Source: a virus
Lineage: Duplodnaviria; Caudoviricetes
Virus record (IMG/VR): IMGVR_UViG_3300028603_000001
Span: 64,001 to 128,000 of that record
DNA: 64,000 bases
Direction: 5' to 3' (one strand)
Shown here piece after piece: positions 10,582-20,409 of this stretch. The translations under genes and the position numbers were made by a program. The notes under the pieces were generated by a model, which saw only the letters and a list, made by a program, of their open reading frames with translations, had not been told where the DNA came from and ran no database searches. Every line of letters starts with the position of its first letter. The stretch's first letter is position 1.

Positions 10582-10837
10582 ATTAGATGAAAACATTAAA
10601 ACTATACAAAACGAGCTAGGTGAATATTCAAATTTAGATCGCACAGAGATATTCAATCAGGCTATTAATAAGTTATTGATGCATACTTTGAAAAAATATA
10701 ATAACAAGATTGATGATTTATCTGGTTATTTGTTAAACCAAGAAGGGATGCGAGTACTAAAAGCTATAACAAAAATACAGAAACATGCTGATAAAAAAGT
10801 TATATATGAAAATATGAAAGGAAACACAGATGGCTAA
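10559..10837 (+). CDS. Hypothetical protein
   Basis: ORF in co-directional operon. Confidence 0.55.
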   Translation: MNFLYNSKLDENIKTIQNELGEYSNLDRTEIFNQAINKLLMHTLKKYNNKIDDLSGYLLNQEGMRVLKAITKIQKHADKKVIYENMKGNTDG

Positions 10838-11165
10838 TATAATAAGTGATGTATCTATTTTGACAACAATCCCAGAGAAAACTATAGCTAAATTTTTTAG
10901 GAAAATGATTTTTTGTATCTGTGAAGCTGTTGCTGAAAATATGTTGAATGAAAATTCTAATAGCAATATTACAGAGCTAGATATTGGAATAGGAAAATTG
11001 TATATTAAACATGTTGGAACAGATATAAAATACCGTTTCGAACCAAGTGAATTATTAGAAAAATCTATTTTAGCCACAGTGGTTAATAAGAAGAACCACC
11101 TTGAAGAGTTTCTAGATGCAACATTGGTAAAAAAATTCACTGAAGTATATAAGGATTTATGTTAA
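10830..11165 (+). CDS. Hypothetical protein
   Basis: ORF in operon with SD. Confidence 0.6.
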   Translation: MANIISDVSILTTIPEKTIAKFFRKMIFCICEAVAENMLNENSNSNITELDIGIGKLYIKHVGTDIKYRFEPSELLEKSILATVVNKKNHLEEFLDATLVKKFTEVYKDLC

Positions 11166-11806
11166 TGGAAACAAATGTTAAAGAAAATGAAACGCAAATT
11201 CTAGAAGATGAATCAGAAAAAGATGAAGAAGCAGAATTAGATGAAGCTATTGATTTTTCTTTATCTACTTTGCCTTTAGAGAATACAGAACAAAAGCTGA
11301 TGGCTAAGATAATTGAAGCACCAACAAGGGCAGAGTTACAAGCGCAGCTTGAATTATTCAATATTAATCAAAGCAAAAAAAACGCTTTAAGAATTGTTAA
11401 ATTAAGTCACCTTTTAGAAAAAGTTGAAGATCAGGCAATAGAGAGATTTGAAAGAAGACCAGATCAAGTATCTAACAAAGAATTATTAGAATATATGAAT
11501 GTGGTATCAAATCAAATTGAAAGAGCTCAAAAATCAGTAGACTCACTAAAGGATGCTCCAGCGATAAATATTACTAATCAAACTAATGAACTTAATATTA
11601 ATGTTGGACCTAAGCTTGATAGGGATAGTAAAGAAAAAGTTATGGACGTTATATCAGCATTACTAAAACAGGTTCAACAAAAAGATGTAGAAACTGTTGA
11701 GGTTGAAATTATTGAAGAAACAAAACAAAATGATGAAATCACGGATGTTGAGGGTGTTCAAGCCCAAGAAGCAATATTCGATGAATTGATTGACGAGGAG
11801 AATTAA
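11159..11806 (+). CDS. Hypothetical acidic coiled-coil protein
   Basis: 215 aa, helical with NITNQTN segment. Confidence 0.55.
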   Translation: MLMETNVKENETQILEDESEKDEEAELDEAIDFSLSTLPLENTEQKLMAKIIEAPTRAELQAQLELFNINQSKKNALRIVKLSHLLEKVEDQAIERFERRPDQVSNKELLEYMNVVSNQIERAQKSVDSLKDAPAINITNQTNELNINVGPKLDRDSKEKVMDVISALLKQVQQKDVETVEVEIIEETKQNDEITDVEGVQAQEAIFDELIDEEN

Positions 11807-11812
11807 TTAAGA

Positions 11813-13039
11813 ATGATAACAAAACATGAATTTGATGCATTTATTAAATCATTAAATAAGAAAGCTGGAGAATACACTTTAGAAGAATTATTTGACATTG
11901 GTTTAATGCATAAACAATTACCCACTGAAGATAAAAGCTGGAAAAAATTGACAGCTCGAGTAGGCTATCCTGGGCAGCCTGGTAGCTATAGAAACTTTGT
12001 TTTCCGTAGACAAAAAAGCCAGGAAATAGTTGATATCATCGCTAAAGAAGAGATTAAAAACAACCAAAAAGAAAATAATCAACCAACAAATAATGATCAA
12101 TATGAGGAACTATATCGAAAACGTGTAGAAATAAGTGATATCTACAACACTTATAGAGCCGGGTTAAGAAATGAATCAAGGTTAAATACATTCAAAGAAT
12201 TATTAGTTAAAAATATTCAAGAATTAAAAGATCTACCTGTTGTAAAATATGATGGAAAGTTTAGTGATGATGCCGAAGCAATTCTAATGTTAAGTGACCT
12301 GCATATCGGAGTTGATTGTGCTAATTTTTATAATACATATAACAGCGAGATAGCTAAAAAGAGATTGAGTAAACTTGCAAAAGATACTATTTCTTATTGT
12401 AAAAAATTTAATATTAAACAATTAAATGTATTAGGACTAGGTGATTTTATTCACGGTATCATCCATATAAACGCAAGAATTAATGCGCAAATGAATGTGG
12501 TTAAGCAAATTATTATAGCTTCTGAATACATAGCTGACCTGTTAAATGATCTGCAAGAAGCTGCACCTATAGTCACATATAGAAGCTGTACTGATAATCA
12601 TAGTAGAGTCTCACCTAATAAAGAAGAATCTGTTGAAAATGAAAATCTAAATAAGCTAATTGATTACTACTTAGGCATTAGATTATCTAGTTCAAAAGTT
12701 AATTTTATCAGTGATAATTTAGATGATACATTAGGAAGTTTCCGCCTAAAGAATGGAAAACATGTGGTTTACGCACATGGGCATTTAGACAACATAAACA
12801 GAACATTTGAGAACTTTGTTGGAGCAACAAGACAATTTGTTGATTATATGATATTAGGTCATTATCATTGTGAGAAAGCTAAATCATTTCAAGGTGCTCG
12901 AGTGTTTGTAAATGGGTCTATCTGTGGGACAGAGGAGTATGCTTTAAGCAAACGATTATTTAGCGAACCATCGCAAACATTGTTGATTTTTAATAATGAT
13001 AATTTATTAAATATTAGTATTAATTTGAATAATGTGTAA
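11813..13039 (+). CDS. Calcineurin-like metallophosphoesterase
   Basis: SDLHIG, LGDFIHG, DNH, HGH, GHYH motifs. Confidence 0.85.
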   Translation: MITKHEFDAFIKSLNKKAGEYTLEELFDIGLMHKQLPTEDKSWKKLTARVGYPGQPGSYRNFVFRRQKSQEIVDIIAKEEIKNNQKENNQPTNNDQYEELYRKRVEISDIYNTYRAGLRNESRLNTFKELLVKNIQELKDLPVVKYDGKFSDDAEAILMLSDLHIGVDCANFYNTYNSEIAKKRLSKLAKDTISYCKKFNIKQLNVLGLGDFIHGIIHINARINAQMNVVKQIIIASEYIADLLNDLQEAAPIVTYRSCTDNHSRVSPNKEESVENENLNKLIDYYLGIRLSSSKVNFISDNLDDTLGSFRLKNGKHVVYAHGHLDNINRTFENFVGATRQFVDYMILGHYHCEKAKSFQGARVFVNGSICGTEEYALSKRLFSEPSQTLLIFNNDNLLNISINLNNV

Positions 13040-13046
13040 AAATAAC

Positions 13047-13078
13047 AATCTCGCTAGCAAGGCGAGATTTTATTTTAT
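13047..13078 (+). terminator. Intrinsic terminator
   Basis: AATCTCGC...GCGAGATT stem followed by T-rich tract. Confidence 0.65.
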
Positions 13079-13132
13079 TGTATTAATTGTATAATATTAT
13101 ATAGAAAAAGATACTTTAAAGAAGGAGTTCAT

Positions 13133-13489
13133 ATGGCAAAATCACATTTAATAAAATATTTTTTAGAGGTAGAATACCAATACTTAGAGATGTTAGATAT
13201 TTTAAAAGAGTTGAAAGAATTAGTAAAAGAAGGTAGAATTTCACCCGAAGCTTACGCTGAAGAAGAGGTTAATGTTAGCAGATTAAAAGAAAACTATGAA
13301 AGATTAGCTTTTGTTATGTTCTTATTAAAACAACCTCAACGAAAAGGTAAAAAAATAAGTAAAGATGATTTAAGATGGTATGAAGAGCTAAAAAATCATT
13401 CCAAAGAAGCTATTATTGATGAAAATAATGATGTTTTATGTACAATCAAACAGTTGATAAAAGAAGGAAAATTAAAAAATGAAGAATGA
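13133..13489 (+). CDS. Hypothetical protein
   Basis: SD AAGGAG, promoter motif upstream. Confidence 0.6.
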   Translation: MAKSHLIKYFLEVEYQYLEMLDILKELKELVKEGRISPEAYAEEEVNVSRLKENYERLAFVMFLLKQPQRKGKKISKDDLRWYEELKNHSKEAIIDENNDVLCTIKQLIKEGKLKNEE

Positions 13490-14207
13490 AATCATTAAAA
13501 TAGTTACAGATTTAGATAGATTCAATGAAAGAATTGATGAGATAACTGGAGAAGTTTCCTACGCAACTATTAAACATTGCGTATCAAGGTTAAAGCAAGC
13601 ATTATACGATAACCCAAAAATATCTGCTTTATGTGCACCGCAGATAGGTGAAAATTTAAGATTATTTGTTGTAAGAACAGCGAGAACAGAAGATAGACGC
13701 TTTAAAGTATTCTTAAATCCTATGGTTGTAAAACCAGAAGGCATGCATTTGAGCAGGGAGATTAATGCAAGCATTCCAAATAAAGAGTTTATTATTCCTA
13801 GAAGAAATAGTGTTCATGTGGCTTTTCAACATGAAGATGGGCACGTTGATTCTGAAACATATGTTGGTGCTTATGCAGAAATTGTGCAACAGATGATTGA
13901 GATGTTAGATGGAATCACTTTATTTGATTATGGGTTAGATCTCGATGATGTTGGTGGCCCTGATGCCTTTGATAAATCTTCAGATAAACAAAAAACAGAG
14001 CTGTTAGCTTTGTATTTAGAACAATTAAAAAATATGTCTTCATCACTTAAAGAAGAGATAGAAAATTCTCCAACATTAAATATTTTGAATAAAAATATCG
14101 ATTTCACTGCTGGTGTTCTAGCAGGGACAATAACACCAATTGTTGAAGATAACAAGGATTCAAAAACAAATACAGAATTTGAGCAGACTCAGGATAAGCA
14201 ATTATAA
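13479..14207 (+). CDS. Peptide deformylase-like protein with degenerate active site
   Basis: ALCAPQIG-x-x-LRLFVV, FLNP, IPR, A-x-IVQ-x-x-x-x-x-LDG match the PDF fold; EGCLS and HExxH are absent. Confidence 0.7.
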   Translation: MKNEIIKIVTDLDRFNERIDEITGEVSYATIKHCVSRLKQALYDNPKISALCAPQIGENLRLFVVRTARTEDRRFKVFLNPMVVKPEGMHLSREINASIPNKEFIIPRRNSVHVAFQHEDGHVDSETYVGAYAEIVQQMIEMLDGITLFDYGLDLDDVGGPDAFDKSSDKQKTELLALYLEQLKNMSSSLKEEIENSPTLNILNKNIDFTAGVLAGTITPIVEDNKDSKTNTEFEQTQDKQL

Positions 14208-14225
14208 AAAGACGAGGATAAAAAC

Positions 14226-14600
14226 ATGGAATTTGAATTTAATAACCAACTATCACCTCAAAATGTTATAGAAATTGAAAATATAGGCCATTTCGCATTA
14301 GAAGCAACAAGTTCATCTGGTTTTATGTATTACTATATTGTTAAAACAATTATGGGACAAACATTATTAGCAGAATGCGGACCTGTAAATTCTGATTTAA
14401 ACATTATACCTTCTGGTTTCAATATACGCATTACCAAACTTCCTTATAGTGAACATAGGATCTATAAGCAAGTAGATTTATTTTTAAACGACAAGTATAA
14501 AAAAATAGTAGAAGCTAGCGAAATAGATATTTATACCGCCATAGATCAGTTTGTAGATGTACGTGAATACCTAGAAAATTTAGATGAGGATACCTTTTAA
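14226..14600 (+). CDS. Hypothetical protein
   Basis: ORF with SD GAGGA. Confidence 0.6.
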   Translation: MEFEFNNQLSPQNVIEIENIGHFALEATSSSGFMYYYIVKTIMGQTLLAECGPVNSDLNIIPSGFNIRITKLPYSEHRIYKQVDLFLNDKYKKIVEASEIDIYTAIDQFVDVREYLENLDEDTF

Positions 14601-14601
14601 T

Positions 14602-14820
14602 ATGAAAACAACACAAACAATAAGAGATTTTTATGGGAGAATTATTGGTTATATTGAGACAGATGAGCGAACAGGAGATAAAGTAGCACGAGATTTCTAT
14701 CGCAGAATTGTGGGTTATTACAGTAAAAAAGATAATACAACAAGAGATTTTTATAGAAGAATATTGGGTAAAGGAGATATATTAGCAGCTTTAATTATGG
14801 CTGAAAATAATAAGAAGTAA
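14602..14820 (+). CDS. Small beta-hairpin repeat protein
   Basis: Three RDFY(G/R)RI(I/V/L)G repeats; likely start 14602. Confidence 0.6.
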   Translation: MKTTQTIRDFYGRIIGYIETDERTGDKVARDFYRRIVGYYSKKDNTTRDFYRRILGKGDILAALIMAENNKK

Positions 14821-14823
14821 CAT

Positions 14824-15267
14824 ATGGGAATTTTTAATAGGAAAAAACAGATAACCGTCTACGCATTAATTCACACGCAAGTAAAAAATAAATTTTTAAC
14901 GATCAGTGATAACAAATATGATATTCATGAATATGCAATGGCTTTAATGCAGATTCAGCATCAAGCACATTTTGAAACATGGTGTCAAGTAAGAGCGTTA
15001 GATAAAGAAGATTTTGATAATTGGGTCACGTATTATTCATCTTGCATATCAGATGAGGAAAAAAGCAGCTTTCAGGCTATAAAGATTAAATATAACATAC
15101 GAGATGTTATAGCTATAATGCGAATGTTCGGGAATTGTTTTCCAATAGGTTGCTCCTTTGATACAGAAGCTGAATATGAATACTTCAACAGCATAATTAG
15201 CGAAAATTTCTCAGATATTTTCCAACAAGTTACTGAAAAGGATAAGAAAGCAGATGTCGATAAATAG
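14824..15267 (+). CDS. Hypothetical protein
   Basis: ORF in operon. Confidence 0.55.
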   Translation: MGIFNRKKQITVYALIHTQVKNKFLTISDNKYDIHEYAMALMQIQHQAHFETWCQVRALDKEDFDNWVTYYSSCISDEEKSSFQAIKIKYNIRDVIAIMRMFGNCFPIGCSFDTEAEYEYFNSIISENFSDIFQQVTEKDKKADVDK

Positions 15268-15727
15268 AGGAAAAAGTTTTGAAATTAAGTTTAAGAATGA
15301 TTTTAAAAAATCTTTCCCCAAGGGTACTATAGATAGATTATACGACTCAGTTTCTGGTTATATGGGTGTTAGCAACATATCAGACTTTATTGGTTATAAT
15401 TACCCTAATATATTCTATTTGGAATGTAAAACACATAAAGGTAATACTTTCCCCTGGTCAGCTCTCTCTCAATATGATAAATTGATTACCAAAGTGGGTA
15501 TAAAAGGAGTTAGAGTTGGAGTTATTTTATGGATGATTGACCATGATATCGTGGTATATCTTCCAATATCAACAGTAGCTAAAATGAAAGCGGATGGTAA
15601 GAAATCTTTTAATGTAAAAATGTTAAAGAGTGGTGAATATAGAATTATAGTTATCCCAAGTACTAAAAAGCGTGTATTTTTAGATTCTGATTATACCTGC
15701 TTGTTGGATTTAAATGAGGGGGAGTAA
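15254..15727 (+). CDS. recU: RecU-like Holliday junction resolvase
   Basis: NRGKSFE, SDF, LECKT, Q motifs. Confidence 0.75.
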   Translation: MSINRGKSFEIKFKNDFKKSFPKGTIDRLYDSVSGYMGVSNISDFIGYNYPNIFYLECKTHKGNTFPWSALSQYDKLITKVGIKGVRVGVILWMIDHDIVVYLPISTVAKMKADGKKSFNVKMLKSGEYRIIVIPSTKKRVFLDSDYTCLLDLNEGE

Positions 15728-15728
15728 A

Positions 15729-15935
15729 ATGACTTTATATCAATTTTTAAGATTTTTTCAGTCTGGTAAAGCAATAGTTATATTCGACATAGCAGGAGTT
15801 TGTATTTGCAGCGTTGATACAAAAGAAGATATTCCCTCTGACCTATATGGGTATGATTTGTTAAATATTGATTTAGGAATAATAAATAAATTTATGAGCC
15901 AAAGAGTTTGTCAATACATAACAATTCAAAAATAA
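15729..15935 (+). CDS. Hypothetical protein
   Basis: SD GGGGAG before ATG 15729. Confidence 0.5.
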   Translation: MTLYQFLRFFQSGKAIVIFDIAGVCICSVDTKEDIPSDLYGYDLLNIDLGIINKFMSQRVCQYITIQK

Positions 15936-15960
15936 TTAAAAAGAAAAGGAAAAATGAAAG

Positions 15961-16449
15961 ATGGCAAAACCAAAATTAAATAATGCTTTAGATAATGTTG
16001 AGGTAACCTATAATGATGTCATATCTATCGCTAACGATATGCTTTCACCTTTATTTGATGCAATAAATAATTTAGTAGGTGAGATTAATTCTAATATTAA
16101 TGCTCTTACTGTCGAGCAAATAAGAGATTATATGATGAGACTGCAACTAAGAGCTTATGAAATAAGTGAAACAAAAGATAAATCAGCTTTAAAAGCACAG
16201 CTTGCAGAAACTTTAAGGAAAGAAAAATACGCAATGAGGTTTAATGAAGCTCAAGGAACAGCTGGAACTAAAGATAATACTGCATTGTTAGCAGCTTCTG
16301 AAGAAATAGTTGTAGAAGCGTTGTATAATTTAGTAGCTAATTTATTGAGAACAAAATTAGACCAGCTTCATAGATTAATTGCAACACTTTCATCTATTCT
16401 TATATCTAGAATGCAAGAAGCAAAAATGTCGATGAATGGACTTGAATAG
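15961..16449 (+). CDS. Helical protein, possible UvsY-like recombination mediator
   Basis: All-alpha 162 aa directly upstream of recA. Confidence 0.35.
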   Translation: MAKPKLNNALDNVEVTYNDVISIANDMLSPLFDAINNLVGEINSNINALTVEQIRDYMMRLQLRAYEISETKDKSALKAQLAETLRKEKYAMRFNEAQGTAGTKDNTALLAASEEIVVEALYNLVANLLRTKLDQLHRLIATLSSILISRMQEAKMSMNGLE

Positions 16450-16459
16450 GGAGGTATTA

Positions 16460-17650
16460 ATGACAGATAAAAAAACAGAAACTAAAATGTTTAGCGTTGC
16501 AGACTTTGCAAAAAAATTGAATAGGGAGTATAAAGATGATACCTTATTACGAAAATCAGATATTATACCTCAGTATAGAAGATTAAAAACAGGAGCTCTA
16601 GGGTTAGATTTTACTTTATATGGTGGATTTCCTTATGGAAGAATTGGTCAATTATCTGGAATGTATCATAGTGGTAAAACATTAGCATCAACATTGTGTA
16701 TAGCCGCATACCAGAAAGAAAATCCACATCAAACATGTGTGTATGTTGATGCAGAACATGCTTTAGACTTACAATTCAATGTGTTGATGAATCACGTTGA
16801 CCAAGATAAATTATTTATTTTTACACCTCCTGTTGGAATGTCAGGTGAACAAATACTCGGAGCTGTTTTAGAACTTCAAACAACCGTAGATGATATCGGG
16901 TTAATTGTTATAGATTCAGTTCCAGCTTTAGTAACATCAGCAAACCTAAAAAGCGATTTTGAAGATGATAAAGGAATGAGGGGTACAATTGCTAAATATA
17001 TGCATAAATTTTGCCCTGAAGTTATACCATCAATTCAAGCTAAAAATAATATGATTTTATTTATAAATCAATCAAGAATTAAAGGCTATAATTCATTCAG
17101 AGGACAACAGATTCCTATTTATGGTGAATATGGCGGCGATGCATTAGGATTTTATTCTTCAGTTTCTATCAGATTTGGAACAAGAAAATTCATGAAAAAT
17201 GGGGAGCTTTTAACTGGTACAAAAGGTGATGGTGCAGATGGATTCAGGTTAGTATTTAACGTAACTAAAAATAAAACAGCAGCAACAAATAGGGGCGGTG
17301 GATTTATTACCTATAATTATGAAACAGGGATAGATTTCATCGGAGACGCTTTAGCGATAGCTTTTACATATGATTTTTTAAGGCCAGCTAGCTCAAGGAC
17401 ATATTTTTTAAGTGACCCACTAACAGGAGAAATTTATGTTGATGAAAATGGTAAAGAGATTAGGGGATATGAAAAAGACATTAAAGAATATTTACTTAAC
17501 CATGAAGATGTTTGTACCAAATTCGTTAATAATCTTCTTGAGGCTATATCAGCAAGCAATACTGTCAAATCATTGCTAAGTGAGGAAGATTTGGCTCAAA
17601 TAAATGCTGAAGAAGAGATGGTAATTAAAGAAGCTAAGGCAGCTGTGTAA
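16460..17650 (+). CDS. recA: RecA/UvsX recombinase
   Basis: TGALGLDFTLYGGFPYGRI, GMYHSGKT, DAEHALD, VIDSVPAL, INQ, GGDALGFYSS, KNK; SD GGAGG before 16460. Confidence 0.95.
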   Translation: MTDKKTETKMFSVADFAKKLNREYKDDTLLRKSDIIPQYRRLKTGALGLDFTLYGGFPYGRIGQLSGMYHSGKTLASTLCIAAYQKENPHQTCVYVDAEHALDLQFNVLMNHVDQDKLFIFTPPVGMSGEQILGAVLELQTTVDDIGLIVIDSVPALVTSANLKSDFEDDKGMRGTIAKYMHKFCPEVIPSIQAKNNMILFINQSRIKGYNSFRGQQIPIYGEYGGDALGFYSSVSIRFGTRKFMKNGELLTGTKGDGADGFRLVFNVTKNKTAATNRGGGFITYNYETGIDFIGDALAIAFTYDFLRPASSRTYFLSDPLTGEIYVDENGKEIRGYEKDIKEYLLNHEDVCTKFVNNLLEAISASNTVKSLLSEEDLAQINAEEEMVIKEAKAAV

Positions 17651-17651
17651 T

Positions 17652-18032
17652 ATGAGTAGAGTTCCTTTAGTTGTAAGAGAAAAAGATGGAGATAAGAAAC
17701 CAACCAGATATTTTTCTAAAAAGCAAGAAGATACAATAGCTAAGCAATTAGGTGGAAGAAGAGTTGCAAACAGTGGAGCTACCATGTTTCAAAAAGGTGA
17801 TATAATAACGGATTCCTTCTTATTGGAAGCTAAAACGAAAACAACTTCTTCTAAATCAATTTCTATTAAAAAAGAATGGTTAATTAAAAATAAGCGAGAA
17901 GCTCTATCGATGTCAAAACCTTATAATGCTTTAGTGTTTAATTTTGGCCCTGATGAAGAAAATTATTATGTTATTAATGAAGAATTATTTCAAGATTTAT
18001 TAGTATATTTGGAAAATAAAGCTGAAGAATAG
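17652..18032 (+). CDS. Hjc-type Holliday junction resolvase / PD-(D/E)XK nuclease
   Basis: QE, NSGA, KGD, LLEAK motifs. Confidence 0.7.
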   Translation: MSRVPLVVREKDGDKKPTRYFSKKQEDTIAKQLGGRRVANSGATMFQKGDIITDSFLLEAKTKTTSSKSISIKKEWLIKNKREALSMSKPYNALVFNFGPDEENYYVINEELFQDLLVYLENKAEE

Positions 18033-18067
18033 TTTCTTTAGCTTTTTGTTTTTTTTATCCTCTATGT

Positions 18068-18076
18068 GCTAAATTA
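18068..18076 (+). promoter_or_regulatory. GCTAAATTA putative late promoter
   Basis: Follows a terminator hairpin, precedes 18129. Confidence 0.55.
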
Positions 18077-18128
18077 TATAGTGATATAGGTCACAATAGA
18101 AAAATATAAAAAAGGAGAAACAGACAAA

Positions 18129-18356
18129 ATGGCAGAAAGAATTAATAAGCTCCATGGGATGCAAATTGAAGATAATAGAGTCCCAGATCTTATTAAAAAA
18201 ATTGAAGAATTAGAAGTTAAGTTAGCTGGTTTGCCAACCCTTCCAGAAACAGCGGGAAGTTATGCGCTTACCGTTACAGAAGAAGGTGAAAAATTAGTGT
18301 ATAGCTGGGAAGTTTCAGCAGCTGGCGGTGATTTAGATTTAGGAGCTGAATACTAA
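18129..18356 (+). CDS. Small putative virion protein
   Basis: LPTLPETAGSYALTVT...YSW fibre-type motif; late motif upstream. Confidence 0.45.
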   Translation: MAERINKLHGMQIEDNRVPDLIKKIEELEVKLAGLPTLPETAGSYALTVTEEGEKLVYSWEVSAAGGDLDLGAEY

Positions 18357-20089
18357 TGGCAGCACAAGATTTTCAAGTAGGCACTATTTTACCTAAAGGT
18401 AAAGTTATAATAACATATGGTGGAGATCTAGAGAATTTAGAGTGGATAGATGTTAGTTTTATTGAGCAATCTGGTATTTATGCTTATCAAGAGGGGATAG
18501 AGTTCAACATGGGATTTCCTATGGCTTCTACACCCGCAGTCAACCCTGGTGAAAATGATGTTATTCATTATGCAGAGATTGATTTAGGTAAATTTACTGA
18601 AGCTGAGCGTACAGTAGTTCAGATTGAATATGAAAATGAATTTGGTAATTCTTTTTTAAGATGGGAACCTGGAGATAATAACCATACAATATCTTTTGAT
18701 ACTAATGGGGGAGACGATATTGAGGAAGTAGTGTCAGATACGTTTCCAAATGACATTTTAACACCTGTAAAACCTGGATTTGCTGTTGGGGAGCACATAT
18801 ATACATATGAATTTATAGGGTGGTATGATAAATATAGTAGATTAGTTAGCCCTGGAGATCCTATTATAGACGACATGACTGTTTATGCAAAATGGGAGTT
18901 AATTGAACCAGTCGGAGGACCTCAATTATTATCACCAAAAGATAATGCGAAATACACTAAAAATCTGCTTAGATTACCTAGAGGTATTTTAAGATTTTAT
19001 TCTGTTTTTGATGAAACAAAAGAGGAATATTATTCTAATCATGGAACAAATATCAGTTTAAATAACTGGGATGGTTATATAGCTTTCTCTGTAAACGTTC
19101 AGGGAACGCCTGGAAATTTCACCTTTAATTATACAAGCGAGTACATGTTACCAAATGGGATGACTAGAGGAAGCGATCAACTTTCAAGCATTGAGGTATA
19201 TACAGCAGCATTTTTAGAACCAATATATATAACTTCGGTGGAGAGAGATTATGATCAAGTTTACCATGGATTATTTTGGGAAGTTTTAGAAGCTGAAGAA
19301 TTTACTATTGATTTCAATACAAACGGTGCTGAAATACTTTCACCTATAACAACTTCAAAAGTAACAGATGAACTACCTGTACCAACGAAAGCTGGATATA
19401 CTTTTGCGGGATGGTATTTAGATAATGATTTTGAAGAAAAAGCAGAAGAAGGAATGTATTTTTTTGAAAATACAACGTTGTATGCAAAATGGACTAATCC
19501 ACAAGATTTGTTTGAAGAAATAGCTGGTAGAATAAGAGAAAAAGATGGAACTGAGGCATTAATTAAAGGTTTCGATTTTCCAGACCGAATTAAAAAAATA
19601 TCAACTTTTGAAAATAAACCAGGGATTATCTTATCAACTAAGGCTAGGGCCGAGGTGTGGGATAACGATGCTCAAGACTATATTGAAATGGAAGAATATT
19701 TTTCACCTAGTTGCAGCATTGAAATCTGGAACTCTGATGAGGAGGAGCCCTTTGCTTATCTAGATGGATCAGATAAAGGATATGTAACAATGGATATTCC
19801 TGAAAAAATGTATGGAGTAGAGTTACGTAGTTTGAAGTTTATTATTCAGAGCAGAAGTGTCTATAGTCTTTATATTAAAGAGTTGTTATATAGACCTATT
19901 ATGATATCTATTAAGAATGGAGATGATGTTATTTATAGTAAATTACTAACACTTATTGGTAATGAACCATCTGAAGTAGGTCTTTTTGAAGAGTCCATGT
20001 TTATTTTAGATGCACTTCCAGAAATTTATATTGAACCAAATACTCAAATAAGTATCAGAGTTTTTATGCCAAAGCACGTCGGCGAATAA
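18356..20089 (+). CDS. InlB B-repeat (Flg_new) containing protein
   Basis: Two repeats: ISFDTNGG...P-x-K-x-G...F-x-GWY...T-x-YAKW; no signal peptide. Confidence 0.8.
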   Translation: MAAQDFQVGTILPKGKVIITYGGDLENLEWIDVSFIEQSGIYAYQEGIEFNMGFPMASTPAVNPGENDVIHYAEIDLGKFTEAERTVVQIEYENEFGNSFLRWEPGDNNHTISFDTNGGDDIEEVVSDTFPNDILTPVKPGFAVGEHIYTYEFIGWYDKYSRLVSPGDPIIDDMTVYAKWELIEPVGGPQLLSPKDNAKYTKNLLRLPRGILRFYSVFDETKEEYYSNHGTNISLNNWDGYIAFSVNVQGTPGNFTFNYTSEYMLPNGMTRGSDQLSSIEVYTAAFLEPIYITSVERDYDQVYHGLFWEVLEAEEFTIDFNTNGAEILSPITTSKVTDELPVPTKAGYTFAGWYLDNDFEEKAEEGMYFFENTTLYAKWTNPQDLFEEIAGRIREKDGTEALIKGFDFPDRIKKISTFENKPGIILSTKARAEVWDNDAQDYIEMEEYFSPSCSIEIWNSDEEEPFAYLDGSDKGYVTMDIPEKMYGVELRSLKFIIQSRSVYSLYIKELLYRPIMISIKNGDDVIYSKLLTLIGNEPSEVGLFEESMFILDALPEIYIEPNTQISIRVFMPKHVGE

Positions 20090-20211
20090 TTTTTATATTA
20101 AAGAAAATTTTAAACAATAATAATAAAATAATTAACAGAGAGATTGAACATTAAAATTCAATCTTTTTTATTGTATAATATAATATCAAGATGAAAGGAA
20201 ATTAATATAAT

Positions 20212-20409
20212 ATGAAATTTGAACACGCGTATATTGAAATGTTAAAAGGTAGAAAAATTAAAAGACCTCAATTTAAAGGTTATTGGTTTATCGATGCTAT
20301 ATCTGGAAAATTAATTATCCATTTAGCTAATGGTGAAGAAATAGACCAAGGTGAGCTAGATCTGACTGTTAGAAATGTTTTAGCTGAAGATTGGGAGGTT
20401 TTTGAATAA
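20212..20409 (+). CDS. DUF2829 / Tad2-like protein
   Basis: MKFEHA...KGRKIKR...VLAEDWEV matches the F-x-x-A...G-x-K-x-x-R...LAEDW family pattern. Confidence 0.65.
   Translation: MKFEHAYIEMLKGRKIKRPQFKGYWFIDAISGKLIIHLANGEEIDQGELDLTVRNVLAEDWEVFE

Noticed and set aside
11159-11806. Terminase small subunit
   Set aside because: Only a vague helical plus N-x-T-N resemblance; no large subunit nearby.
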